Assembly (NCBI GenBank): GCA_973895155.1
Contig: OZ316894.1
Span: 11,525,892-11,589,891, forward strand
Direction: 5' to 3'
DNA: 64,000 bases
Origin: Marsupella aquatica
Lineage: Eukaryota > Plantae > Marchantiophyta
Each line of letters opens with the position of its first letter. Position 1 is the first letter of the stretch. Positions 11,621 to 24,976 of the stretch are shown here, in pieces. Made by a program: the position numbers and the translations under genes. The notes under the pieces were generated by a model. It made no database searches, was not told the DNA's origin, and worked only from the letters and a program-made list of their open reading frames with translations.

Positions 11621-12570
11621 ATGCACGCACCAAGCACATCGAAGGCAAACACCATTTCATCCACGAAAGGGTGCTAGAGGGGGAAATCTCATTATCTTAC
11701 ATCAACACAAACAAAAATCCCGCCGACATCTTCACCAAGCCTCTCTCAAAACTCAAGTTTGAGAAACATCTCGACTTTATTGGAGTGAAATCTATACACG
11801 TTCCTTCTACATTCCATATTTCGACAAGAAATACTCTGCCTCCCGCAATGTACAAAAACTCTGATGACAATTCCCTGAATAACCATTGACCTCCTTACTT
11901 GCTTCTGCCCAATTTAGGTAGATTCCTGGCCTACGCCCGACTGCCATTGCATAATAACGACGTCTATACAGCATCGGCATTCTATCAGCCTGATCTTCTT
12001 GGGAGACCTCAGCTTCAGAGGGGGCACTCGGCCCATACACTTCAGCTCTCCTCAACGACACTAACATTCGGCTCTCCTGCTGCTCACCAATCCGCACCTG
12101 AGGATCCCTCCTCTCCTCCTCTATCTTCGACATTCTGATCAGCTCATCGACATCCTGCAAACGAATCCATCGGGAGACTCCCCTACATCCCCTTGACAGC
12201 AATTGCAGGAATCGCGCCGCTACTTCCAAAACACCACATATACTCACCACTAGCACATGACGGAATGACATTCTCGCCTTTCCTTCCTCTCTCTTCTCCT
12301 CAGTTATTTTGTGGACATCACCGTCCTCCTTTCTCTCCTCAAAAACTTACTCGAGAGGGGGTGTTGTAAAACACTTGCTCGTAAGTCACTTAGGAGATTA
12401 AGCTTTTCTCTTAGCTTAACCTGCGCCTCCATTCTTACTTCCGGCCGCTCTCTTCCCTACTGTCGATCCTAGGTTACTACCTTCCCTCCGTTGATTCCCC
12501 TCTCCCTAAATCCTACTTGTAGTGAGTCCTGCGCTCAGTCCTATGTAGCAATAGATTAGTGTTACCAACA
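11621..12570 (+). mobile_element. 3' remnant of a Ty1/Copia LTR retrotransposon (RNase H end, PPT, 3' LTR) interrupted by the CACTA element
   Basis: The translation (H)ARTKHIEGKHHFIHERVLEGEISLSYINTNKNPADIFTKPL starts right at the CACTA end. PPT GAGAGGGGG at 12353-12361. LTR TGTTG...CAACA at 12362-12570. Confidence 0.88.
11807..12271 (-). CDS. Antisense ORF in the Copia 3' region with an RNase H1 N-terminal (caulimovirus viroplasmin/hybrid-binding) domain
   Basis: RRYYAMAVGRRPGIYLNWAEASKEVNGYSGNCHQSFCTLREAEYFL matches the YAVxxGRxPGIYxxWxEC..V.G.....K.F.T..EA signature. ATG-initiated, 154 aa, open. Confidence 0.75.
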   Translation of the reverse strand: MSFRHVLVVSICGVLEVAARFLQLLSRGCRGVSRWIRLQDVDELIRMSKIEEERRDPQVRIGEQQESRMLVSLRRAEVYGPSAPSEAEVSQEDQADRMPMLYRRRYYAMAVGRRPGIYLNWAEASKEVNGYSGNCHQSFCTLREAEYFLSKYGM

Positions 12571-13549
12571 TATTGGCTCTCAAGATATGCAGGTCTTAAT
12601 TCTTCAAGCCTCTACAGGATCTGTTGTCAGGAAAATCAAGCTCACTGGAGCTGTAATCTCCAATCAATTGCAGTTTGGCAGAACATGAGAAATCTTGAAG
12701 TTCTGCTGCTAATGTTCGGAAAGTCATTCACTAAGCTCTGGCAAACTTGGCCTCAATCTGCATACAGATCATTGTATTCTTACTACAGTTAACTCTCTAC
12801 AAGCGCACACTCTCTAGAAGATTGATCCATAGTGCACTAAACCAGGTGTCGCATTCCTTGATAAGCCCACACCCCTAAAAAGGCACTTATCAATAAGCAT
12901 GCATGATTTACATCCCTTTGTTAAAAGTGTAACAGGCCCATCTGTCAGTGAGCAGCCTTGTGCTCAGTGTCCCTGTCCCTGTCTTAAATTCTGTGCTCAA
13001 ACTCTACTAAGGATAGGCATGTATTTATCAGTAAATGCAATTTTACGGGGTTTGTGTTTGCCCATAAGTGCAGACAGACACTTATCAAGGGTTAATGTTT
13101 ATAAAGTTATCAATTAATGAAATGATTTCAGGTCTCGGTGTGCTTAGAAAAAATGCACAAAAAGCACTCACTCCATGTAAAATAAAAGGAAAGAATAGAA
13201 TGCGCTTATGGAGTGTGCGCTCAGACAGAGCCAACTGTACAAAGCTTTACTCACCTTGCTATGGAGCACCAACAAAGGTGGCTTGGGATTGTCTACACCC
13301 ATCTTTGGTTCCTTCCAAATTGACACCACTTACTACAGTCTACTTAAGCATACAATTTGTGGCCTTGTACCAAAGAACAATAGCCAGTTGCAATGCAAAA
13401 GATTGAGCATACCATGAAGAAGAACATATGCTTTGAGGAGCACCTTAAAGATCTCCTTATCCTGAGGTAATTGTGCATTCACACGAATATGGGTACCTTG
13501 TAACATTGCTCATCGAAGAGCAACTTAGAAGAGATAACTAATAAGGACG

Positions 13550-13617
13550 TAGTATAGTATAGTATAGTATAGTATAGTATAGTGTAGTATAGTATAGTAT
13601 AGTATAGTGTAGTATAG
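13550..13617. repeat. (TAGTA)n microsatellite
   Basis: Direct reading of the pentamer array, with two TAGTG variants. Confidence 0.95.
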
Positions 13618-16600
13618 ACAATCTCTTGTGGGGACCCCAAGTGAGGATATCCATGTCTCACTAGCACACCTTGGTAGGACACTAGATGTGAACAATTAAA
13701 GTCACATTATTGCAGTGGTTTGATTTTCAAAGTATCATTTGTTCAGTTTGAGCTCTTCTTTTGTGGCTCGTGTTTGTCCTCTCTTCATCTCTTTCTGCTT
13801 TTTGCTCATTGTACTTTATTTTGGCCCTTTTAGTATAAATTGGTCCTTTTCTCTTGTGGGGGGACTTAGGCCTCCTTTGCTTTTACTCATTTATACTTTG
13901 TTTGGCTCTTTCAAAATAAGTTTGTCCTTTTCTCTTGTGGAGACTGAGTAGGATAGACAAGTAAACCATTTGAGTGGGGTCTGGTGGCCAGCTCAAGTAG
14001 CCATGGACCAACAGGTGTCAAGTTCAATCCCGGACCAGAAAATTCAGCTGACATGACCAATAAATATGAATTGCAGACAACGTGGGTGAGTCTGCCAAGG
14101 ATCTCTTTAGTAAATATGGAAAAAGCCCAAAGCAAGAATTTGAAATCGATAACAACTAACTTTATTGTTATTGACAAAGTTGACAACAAAGTTGAAATCT
14201 CAAATGAGATTAACAATAAAGTTGTCAATGAAAGAATTTGAAAATAGTTTCAAGATTTGCAAGAATTTGAAATGGATAACAACTTTATTGTTGACAGGGC
14301 AGGATGCTTTGGGGGCATAACCTCTTCTTTCCAGCAGTATTGGCAGCAGGCTCGTAGTTAGTAATGCTACACAAGATGTTGGGATGGATTGTCAAAGTTA
14401 GCATGAACCATTCCAAAACATAATTTTCATATATAGACAGCTTTTGTTGCAAAGATTTTTGGAAAGATTTTCAAAATTAAAATGAACCATCCAAGAAGCA
14501 GGATTTTATACTCTAATTAGTTTGACTGGACCCCTTGGTTATGTAAGCTTGTCTTATTGAACTATTTGGAGCCATGAAGAGTTGCACATTGGAATAGATA
14601 GATGAGAATACAAAGATTAAATGGAGTATATATATTCTAAATGAAATGAATTTTAAAGGTAGTTAGGGAAATTTCATTGAAGACAAATAAGAGTACTACA
14701 TTCATGGTTATACCAAGGGTAATTCTCCATGCAAAAGTCTCCCTTAGTATCTCTATGTCTATACAATACATGTAACATTCCATATAGTTCATGCAAAATA
14801 TTACTTTGTCCACAGTACTTGAAACAGTCCCTTGGTATTCCCTTACCCATAGTGTTTCTTATTTTTGCTTGTTACTCCTTTATCCATAGTAGCCAATGGG
14901 TTTCTTAAGTTACCTTGGTGTAGCTCTATTTTTTATTATCAAAGTGTGATTGGTCCTTAGTTCCAGGTTTATCCCTGGATCTTTCCAATTCAATTCATTA
15001 TTTTGTTTGGTTAAGTGGATTGCTGGATCACCCTTGCGTCATGTGTGTTGAATCACTTCTCTTCTTTACTCTCTCATCCAAAGGTCAAACAACCAGACAA
15101 CCGGTCTCTATTATAGGGTTGTTAAAGGGTCCCTATAGTGGTGGTGTTGGGCCACTTCTGTTCTATACTTTTTGGTACAAAGGTCAAACAACAAGACAAT
15201 CGGTCTGTTAAAGGGTCCCTAAAGGGGTAAGCTTATTTTTAGCACTGCATGCAATTAGGTGTCCACGTGGCATTTTTGACATCAAGAACGAAGCAGTATG
15301 TGTATCCAGCTCACTGAATCCTTTATAATAGATCACATTGCCAAAGTGTATTCAAAGGATTATTGTATATTTGTTGCTTTAAGTTTCGGTGCACAGAATT
15401 TAATTTTGTATAAATGACATGAAAAACTCAACTACAACAATAAGAGGATGTGACAAGAAAAAACGATGGTTGGATTGAGCAAGTAACCAATTGTAAATAT
15501 TTGTGAGATTATCTTTGACTGCTTATTTCAAAGTTTTGTCAATGCCAGTTGTTAGTTAGTTGTTTGATTAGTACCCAAACATTGGAAGAAATAAAATTAT
15601 CATCATTCTCCTAGTAATCATGGCAAGTGGAAACAAAATAAAAAAAACCATCAGTGTAGAATATGGTGGAGAGAGAGGCTATATAAAATAACCTTCATGG
15701 GAAAATGAGCTCTTGCATGATGTAGCTTTTGTATGTAGTTTTGCTTTGAAACGATATCTATCATATTATGAAACTTAGTTTTCTCCATTATTTAGAGATT
15801 GTAACTCTAATCAACTGAGCGGAAATAGGCTGGACAGGAAATTTAGTGATGTTGTATTCAATGTTTGGGAACTAATAGGTTATGTCTGTGCGAGTGGCCG
15901 AGGGCTTAGCTAATGACTCTTTTGGTGTGCTGAGGGAATTATTTTTGTAGGGTATCAATGCAAGGAAGGACTGTGTATTCATAGAGATAACAACACCAGA
16001 TTGTGATATTGTCAAATGAGTTTTCCTCATGAACCACACATGGAGAAAAACCCTTCTATCGATCCCAGAAGTTGAAAATGACAATAGTTTAGGATGAAGA
16101 CAAACTACCAAATATGCTTTAAGACCTTTGAGGTTAGCAAAACTAACATTCTATGAGTTTTTGAAATTATGAAGTGTTCTCTAAGAAAAGTAGAGAAACA
16201 AGGATGTAGTCTTTCATTACAAGGGAACCTATACAGAAAAAGGGTATATCCTGTTCCAGGATGTAAAGGCACTACAACAAATTCGGGCTGCAAAAGCAAT
16301 GATCTTGGTTTCTGATACATTATAGCTCTAATAAAACAAACAAGACAATGGCAATAATAGATATTTAATGCTCGTCTATGATTTATTTGTTTATTTAAAT
16401 TCATTCTCGGTCTCATTAAGCTATTGAAATTTAATGAGAAGGCGACTGGATGTGAATAAGTACCATTATTATACTTTTTAGTCACTTTTCCTGAATCCAA
16501 GATTTCTCGCTTTGGGTTTCTCTAATTCTTATCCTTCGTATATGCTTTACCTAATTGAAATCAAGTATGGACTCTTGTTTTGTTTTTGGCTCCTTGGGTT

Positions 16601-17299
16601 TTATGGGGGTTTTGTGTTTTCTCCCCAATATTGGGTGTCCTGTCTCCAGATTTGGCAGTTTTTGTTTTCTTGTCTGATATGCTCATAAACCTGCCCATGT
16701 TTATATATGACCAAAGAACAAAAGGGCCAAACAAGCGAGAGCAAAGATGGAGACTAAAGGGAAGTTAAAAAGGGAAGAACCTGTCTTTGTTGGTGATCTT
16801 TCTGGCCTGTTATTTAGCTGCAGGTTTTTGGGTCCTTTGACCTTGCTTTTTGTTGTAAGTGCAATTACTTGGCCTCCTCTTCTGCTGTAGGGGAGGGCCT
16901 CTCGAGTTTGTCAGTTTGCTATTGTGCCTATTTGCTGTGACAGGTATTTTTGGGTTTCTTTGGTCTATTACTTAATTTAGGTGGATCCTGTTCCTGGCCC
17001 GCTTCCACTTGTCTTGAGCCTTTGGCTGTTGTGCTTGAGCCTGCTGATTACTCCCATATGTGGGGTTCAGGCAGGTGTCCATGGCTAGATAGAATTTGGA
17101 CTTTGGCTAATTCCTGCCAAAAGTGACAAAATATAGGATAACTAATGTCTGGGCAGGAGGTTACTAGGCTGTAACCTTGCATCGGGAATGTGAGAATAAG
17201 ATAACCAGAAGCAGCCCGGAAGCTTTTCCAAACATCCAGGTAGCAGGGCTAGATCACCATTAAAGCTTAAGATAGGTTATTGAACCCTGCGTCACACCA

Positions 17300-20200
17300 A
17301 AGAACCTGTCACTACGCGTGTTTCCAACCTGTGGGACATATCTTCATTCGTAATTGAGGGTTCGGGCAAGGAGGGATGTGCATATGCTACGTTTACAGCG
17401 TACTAGCGCTAAACGCATATTACCCTACATATATAATCCTTAGGGTATAGTTTTGTTCCGCCGCCGGAACTTACCCGTCTGATTCCCCGATCAGTCCCGG
17501 CTTAAGGGCTTCTAAGCCTTTGTTCGTACCTGCCTCCTGTCCCCGCATATGGGATGCATCCGCCAACCCAAACTTGCAGCCTCTAACTCCAACCGCACCC
17601 GGTGCGTATTGAGATACTGTGCGCGGCTCAGCGCTGTCAACCCGCATACAAGATCACACTATTGTACCCAATGCATTCAAAGTACAACATACATTCTTGA
17701 TTTACACAAAGGAATGGGTGGGAAAGCTCTTTGACTTGGTATACACGTTTACGTGGTTGACTCAACTTCAATGAGAATAGTAGGTCGACGGTGGTGACTT
17801 GTACATTGGAACAAAGCCCAGCAAGCTCAGTCGTACCTTCACCCCTTGATCTGCTCTATTTTGAAGGCCGGGACTCCATGCACGTATGCTGATACCCGAG
17901 TCTCAACTAAAATCCACCCCCCCTTTGCTCCTACCGGGGGTGCACTAAATACCATCCGAGTGTTGTGGCCTGGGACGGCCGGTGGCTCTGAGTCTAACCT
18001 ATCCTAAGCCATATCTAACTGTCAAAATCATAGCAGCGCGTCGTTTCCTAAGATTCTACTTTAGGTGGCGGCCTGATACGACAGGGCCGCTAACTAGTTT
18101 TGGTGCCTGTCCCTGCTACTGATCTTTCTACCTAACCCTACCTCTATTCTAAATCTAGCCCTGCCACTATGTCTGGCGCGCTTGCCAGACCCATCCGAGC
18201 CGAACCCAGACCGTGCGTCACACTGACTCCTCAGCCGATCAATGTCACGCTTTTAACAGTTGGACTTGCTTGTTGAGGGGGTCATTCTCCCATTTTGCCT
18301 CCTCCATCGCGTCCTAGCATGCCTCTTCCAACTTCTGGGCATCGCTCGTCAGCTATGCCAGTTGTTGGTCTCGGTTTCACGGCCTCGTGCCAAAGTCACT
18401 CCATGTCGGCTTTGAGGGCGTCGACCTTGGCACCGTCTCTCTGGGCCCAAGTTTTGGCCTCCTCTTCGTCCTTCTACCATGTTGTCTCCCGCCCCTTCAG
18501 GCTGTCAATTTGTGACCAAAGCCGAGCTATCTCAACATCCTTACCAGCTCCGGCCTGAAGTACCAAAGCTAGCTAGGCCTCGGCCTCTGTTACTTGGCCC
18601 AGGGCGGTCGCTAGTTGTGGCCAAAGGAGTTGCAACTCTATTTCCCTAGTTGGCTGAAGCTTCATCTAGGAGCCAAGTAGCATCGGCCTGGAACTTGTCA
18701 ATTCGCTTCTCTGCTTCAACCTGGGCTTGGCCTGTGTTTACCGCTGCAACCAACTCTTGGCTGAAGAAGTAAGCCACCTTGCTGGCCATGAATTATCCCA
18801 GATTGCACCCGACCACTACAAAGAAGTCACTGAGCAATCCATTTAGGAAAGTGCCCAGATTGAAGATTTTTGGGCTCACCAGGCTACGCTTGCAAGGGCC
18901 TGGACATGGCCCTACATCTGATTGGTTGAGGCCGGGTGCAGATAGGTCGAGAGTAGGAGCAGGTTGATGGTGGGTGGCAAGTCTACCGGAGAAGAGGAAC
19001 CTATTGGGGCCTGTGCGGGGGATGGTGGGGCTTCCTCCGTAGTAGGGGCCTCTAGCATGGGATTCGCTATGGGAGGGCTGACCAGAGTAATAGCCTGAGC
19101 TTGGTTTTGCGCCTCCAAGGCTGCAATGACTGCAGTGTCTGGCAATGAAGACAATATTAGTTGGCCTCGGGCTTGGGGTAGGAGTCACGGGTACCAGGCC
19201 TCTAGCTTTGGGTTGGGGCCTCCTCTCCATCGAGAAGACCCATTTGGCCTGGATGATCTCAGGCTCGTTGCATCGGGGGAGCGCTCGGCGATCAAATCGG
19301 GCATACCACTCCAAGATAATCTCAATATGGCTGGCTAGGTACGCCTTCCGGACCCTGAGGAACAATGTCCTCCTATGCTGCTCCATCTCATCATGGAATT
19401 TCTTGACAAAGAAAGATACCCACTTCCTTGGTGGGTAGTTCTCCACGTGAATCACTTGAGCCACAGATATCTCTCCTCGTGGCTCCATCATGTGAAGCGT
19501 GTACCGCTGGAACTTGAGCCACTTCACTATCTCCGGCCTGATGCACATTCGTAAGAGGAAGCCATTGTCTACTGACCCGTTGGGCATAAAACTGGATGAG
19601 TGGTACTTGGCTCTCTTGACCCCTTGCTTGAGATTCCACCCTATCTGTCATATCGGGTAAGCGGGCGGGTAAGCCAAAGATGAGCTTGAGCCGTGCCTTA
19701 GACAAGGACATCACTTGCCCTTGTGCACGGGTTTCTTGAAGGGCCTTGTCAAAGTTCTGGATGAACTCGGTCATGTCGTCCTTGATGTCGTCCTCGTAGA
19801 AATGGCAAGTGTTCTAGAGGAGAGCTTCAAGGTGCTCAAACCCTTGGGTCTTAAGATAAGCCACGTGTCTTGGATGGAGAATGTTTTTATGGACATTCCC
19901 CCCATCCGGTGCATAGTCAGTTTGGCCACTACAATAGTGGCCATCGGTAAGTTAGCCATCAAGGATGGCTCCTTCCTCTTCCTACCTTGGGTATGGCTCT
20001 TGGGGTGACTTGTCAACGCAACAATTCCCCGTCCCCTCTCTCCATCTGCGGTGGTATTGCTACCGCCATTATTATTGGTTTTGGGGCGGCAATTGTGACC
20101 GTAGCGTGCTTGCTGGGGTACCAGGGTGGTACTTGTGGTTGTTTGTCTCAAAGCCGGAGTTTGGCGGACAAGGGGGACAGTCTTCTCATCATCCAAACTT

Positions 20201-22770
20201 AGGTTCACTGCATTCACCATGGATTGCACTTGAGCGGGCGGTGCAACTGGTGGTGGGGAGCGGCTCGAGGGTGCCCGCCGGGGTGGTGTCTGGCCTTGGG
20301 TGCCCATGGGGAGGTTCCATGCCGGGCCACTGAAGGAGGAGCCATGGAAGCTGCGGTTCCTTCTGCCGAGTCAAGAGGTGGTGGATTGAGTGGAGGTGCT
20401 CCTAGCTTGATGACTTGGGGGCGTGCCCAACCTACAGTTGACAAATGATTGCACCTTTGTGGGTATGTCGTTGAAATGGTGTCGCTGCAAGTCTATGGTT
20501 ATGGGGATCTTGAAGACTTTGTTCGGGAGTCGGAGGATGGCTTCTCCAAAGCCGAGGTACTTGGTTCCCTCGGGGGTTCCCTTGAAGTAGAATTTGGTGA
20601 GCTCCTCAACCCTGCTGTACTTGCTTTTGAATGGGAGGTTGAGATTGTTGTTCCAATGAGGATGGCCGTGCAGACGAATAAGCCATTCATAATGCTTCTC
20701 GGCTTTGTACTTGCGCGGGTTATGGTCAGCAAGCAAATCCGCGAGATGACTACCTATTGAGAGGAATTGAAACCAAAACGGGTAGCAAAGCGCGGACCGG
20801 AGGGGTAAGGAGCGAGCGATGGGCTCAATTAAAGCTTGTGCAAGGAAAGAACTAGTGAGACATGCATGAGGAAGGAGAGCTTGCCCTTTTATACCCTCGA
20901 GCTCATCTTGAATGTTTGGCTCCCCCTGGTCATTGATTGGCTCGACTATTCCCAACCATAGCTTGGTCCTTACTCCTCCGGTCCGAGTCCGAGCGTGCCA
21001 AAGATTTGATTCCGAGTAGTTATATAGACCCGAGACTGACAGCCATAATGCCCAGATCCTAATCATGCGGTACGTCAGGTGCTGTGCCGCCAACCCGAGA
21101 GTGGACCTTTAATTGATCCTACACCTAGTCTAATCATCATTACAAAGTAAACTACTGTTGTTATGCTAATAACTATGTACGTCTATGTCTGCGTATGATG
21201 TACTTAATATGGATTAAACCGTATTACGGATTACCCACCGTGTTGGCAGCGTCACACCCTGGAACCCTGGCGAGACCTTGGTTATTGAATGTAAATCTTG
21301 TATGGAAAAAGGTTATCTGGAGTGGTGGACCTTGCCACCCTACACCCTCACCAATCCCAACACCCATGCCTAAGTGCCCCTAGTGCCCGAACGCCTCCAC
21401 GGAATACCTTGATCAAGCAACCTAGTGCCCCTTGCACTGCCCTTGGCTCCTCTTGGCATACAAAGCCGCACTTGCTCTCTAACAGGATCGCTACTCAATG
21501 GTTCTCATTGTCTGCACAAGCAACCAAGCGTCTTGGTAAGTAACCCTTCAGGATCTAGATCTCCCAAGTCTAGCATCCTAACTCAAGCTCAACAGACATT
21601 GGTAAGTAGGTCAGCGATAGGTCCTCCAGGTGCCATAAGCCGGAACCAGAACCAACATCCACTATTCATCCAGAACAGCTCCTGCCTTGGACGCGGCCCG
21701 GGTTTCCCCCTTTTACCTATCCATCACCAACTGACCGCCCTACCTCCAGGACATGCTCATGGCCCAAATAGCGTAGCTTGTCCTAAAGCTTGTCCCATCA
21801 CTCCGGGACCAACATGGCCCCGACTTTAGCAATCGACTCTCGGTTCTCACCCAACTGATGGTCTAGGGGCCAAGTACCCTTGGAACTCAACTCCATGCCT
21901 ACTTGGCCTTGCCTCTCCAACGCAAGCTCCCTTGAGAGACTCAACGCGGCTTGGCTGCTGTTTCAGCAAGATTTGGCAAGAGGGCGAGAGCCCCACAAAC
22001 CCCCAAGAACCTATGACACCCCCAGACCCAGTTGATCTCATGAGGATGTAGCCCTCCTCGAGAGCTTTCCAATGCACCCAAGAAGTCCTCCAACGTACTT
22101 CACATTGGGAAGTTATCGTTGTTTCCGTTTGGCATTTTCCCTTAGTGTCGCGACCGCCGCGGCTCACGACTTCGGCTCGCCCTTAGCCCCCCAGGGAGAC
22201 ACCACTCCCCTCATATATGCTTCTGGAGACCTACCACCCCCGGACCAACTTTGGTCCCCCAGATTTTGGCCCCAAACCTGGACCCCAACCCGCATGTTTG
22301 GGCGCGCCACCAACTGGCAATGCCCATAACTTTCTCATGCCTAGGCCCTCAGATCCCATGGTCGCTTGGGGCCCCGATCGGCCAAACCCAGATTGGGTCA
22401 TAAATCGCGCCCCAAGCGTCCATTGCCCGTGGAGTCAACTCCATTGGCCTTGGGCCCAAGAGGAGCTCTCACTCAAGCCCTCAGAACTCAAAGTCTGTCC
22501 AGGGTCCGGACGGTTGACCTTGAGCCCAGCCTTTTGCCCCTTGACCAGACCAGCCCTCAGCTAGTCTAAGTTCTTAGTGCGTGTCACTAGCTTGGCGCTT
22601 TGCGTTCGCTAGTGCCACATCCCATTGCCCACAAGTCGCCCCATGTTAAGTTCTCCTCGGATGGCCCATCCGGGCTTGGACCATAAAGGAGGTCGGTGTC
22701 GGAGTCAGTGACGTCGGAGCTAATTGTTAAGGTAGTCGAGTTCCGCGACTTCTGGTTGTATATTTTGGCA
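17300..22770 (-). mobile_element. Decayed GC-rich LTR-retrotransposon-like element with gag-like and accessory ORF remnants; no pol seen; boundaries approximate
   Basis: On the minus strand ...TTAACA is followed by PBS-like TGGGGCGACTTGTGGG (~22643-22628). There is a gag-like remnant (*WDKL*DKLRYL near 21.8 kb), long minus-strand ORFs 20371-21093, 19391-19774 and 18793-19587, and a coiled-coil remnant at 18300-18780. A second LTR was not identified. Confidence 0.45.
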
Positions 22771-24976
22771 CACAAGATTATGAAAACAGTTGTTTAGAGT
22801 AGAAATGGTTATCCATCACTAACCTTTGTTGCGAACAAGATTTACAATTTTTTTTACTTAGGTGTACTTTGACAAACTCTTGCCAACAGTGGCTCAGGCT
22901 TTTTAGTGCTGTGGAATTTGGCTGATTATCATGGCTAATGTTTGCCACCAGAACTGCTGGAGGTGCCCTTAATTGGAGGCTATGAAGGAAGTGTTTTTTA
23001 ATTTTTGAAGGCAGGTGGAATCTAACTAATATAGCTTAATGGAAAGCTACTGTATAGAGTGAAGTCTCTAGACCATGACTCTAACCAAGAATATAACTGA
23101 AAGTGAAGAGTGCACACACAAAACAAAGATGGGAGAAATGTAGGGGCTTCAGTGAAGGTGCACACACAAAACAAAGATGGGAGAAATGTGGAGTGAAGCT
23201 TCTTGACAGTGACTCTAACTAAGGAAATAAGTGAAAGTGCACACTCAAAGCAAAGATTGGGGCAAAAGGTTTTTTTTTTTCTCCTCCCCTCTGTTTACTT
23301 CAAGGAATTGGTGATCAAGCTAATTTGGCAAATTTCCGCCTCAGCCCCTAGAAAAAGCTGATGTGGGTAATCAGGCTGATTTGGCTACTTTTCGCCACCA
23401 GAAAAAGCTGATGGTATGAGCTTTTGGATGCTCTGCAGAAAATGCTTCTTTAAAGCAGGTTGGCGGACATTTCGCCACACTGGGCAGACTACAGGACAGT
23501 GGGCTCCATCCCTTTTCCTGTAGCCGTCTCTTGAGCTTTCACAGTGCTGCTTCGTCAAGTCCTTCTTCATCCACTCAGCCCTCCTTCCTCGTTGGTCCCA
23601 ATTGCGTGAGCAGGCAAGCCAACAGTCGAGCAGTGATTGGGACACACCAGTGCAGCATCCTTTTTTCTGCCATTTTTTAAAACCATGCCAGGATAGTCTT
23701 GTAGAGTTGTGCTCAGGTCTCGCTCCCAGCTCTCCCAGAAGTTTGGAATAAAGTGTAGATATCTAGGGAGAGAAGAATTGCTTTAAATTAAAATTTCAGC
23801 AGAGGTGTACATCCAGAAATGGCCTGATGCGGTGATCAATCTGCAGCTCCAATGGATGAGAACTCGGTGGCCGTGTCGTGGGCAGGACAGCATAGAACAC
23901 CGCAGTGGCCTCATCAGGGGTTGTAGTGTTGCAGCCGAGGAATTGTGATTGTTGGAGAAGCTCCGTCGATTGTACTTTGTTTGGCCTCGTTGTTTCTAGT
24001 GAGAAAGCTTCCGGATTTGGTGGGTCTCCTACAACCAATTCATAGGGGTTCAGAAATCTGATTCTCTCCTCGCTCTTGCCGTGAGGTACAAGCAAACGGT
24101 GAGGTGAGGACAGGTTGTGCTGCTGCCGCTGCTGCTGACTGCTTTATTGAGGTAAGGAGCTGTGCCTTGAAATACCATTCATGGTGATACTGTCGGAAAG
24201 CCAATGGTGAGAACGTGATAATGTTCTGAATGATGGACGATCACTTGGTTTGCAGAATTACTTTGATCGTGCCAAGCAAGCACGATAGAGTGCCCCTTGG
24301 AAGAAACCCATCTAATTGCCCACTAGCCCCGTTGCGTCGTATATCACGTTCCTCACTTTCTGGTCTGAGACACGTTTCTTCAATTCCCCGTTGAGAACAC
24401 AGATTTAGCCATTGTTCTATGTGTGAGCCCCATCCAGTGTGGTCCCATTATGACACAGCTTGGAAGATCGTAATCTGGTTTGGGTTACAACCATGAGGTC
24501 CACCTTACTCTGGCTCCAGTACAGTGTTGGAATGGTCAATTGCTGTAGGAAATGAGTGCTTAGGCTACCTGGGTCTGGAGTCTATCGGTGGATTGCCGGG
24601 TCGATCCAAAGGTACCAGACACCTGTTCCTACCACAATTGGGTTGCTAGAGTGGAGTCTGATAAGGCATATCATGTGAGGCAACTGGAGACAAGCCAATC
24701 TACTTGGCGACGGGTTTTTCCTCGTCCATCCCATGACTCACGGTACAACCCGCAACCCGCTGAATGAGGCGGGTAGAGTCTTCCAGACTCATCCCATCGA
24801 AGTTCCTCATGCAGCAGCAAACCGAGGACTGTCATTCCCTGAAAGATCAACTTGAGGCCGAGTAGTGCCCTGAGTAACGGCGCCATTCTTAACGTCCATG
24901 TTGTGAATTGGATACGACTTGACACATTACATACCTTCATCCATATAACCCAAGAAGGTGCACTTCTTTTCGTGTC

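Noticed and set aside
12571-13500. Possible LINE 3' (zf-RVT-like) remnant; a similar hint at 47308-47750
   Set aside because: Only vague Cys/His/Trp spacing, too decayed to call.
13479-13682. ORF with YYTIL repeats
   Set aside because: It is a translation of the (TAGTA)n microsatellite.
23040-23260. Short direct repeats (GTGCACACACAAAACAAAGATGGGAGAAATGT); similar small duplications at 14150-14295, 15080-15225 and 28903-28953
   Set aside because: Ordinary local duplications with no further structure.
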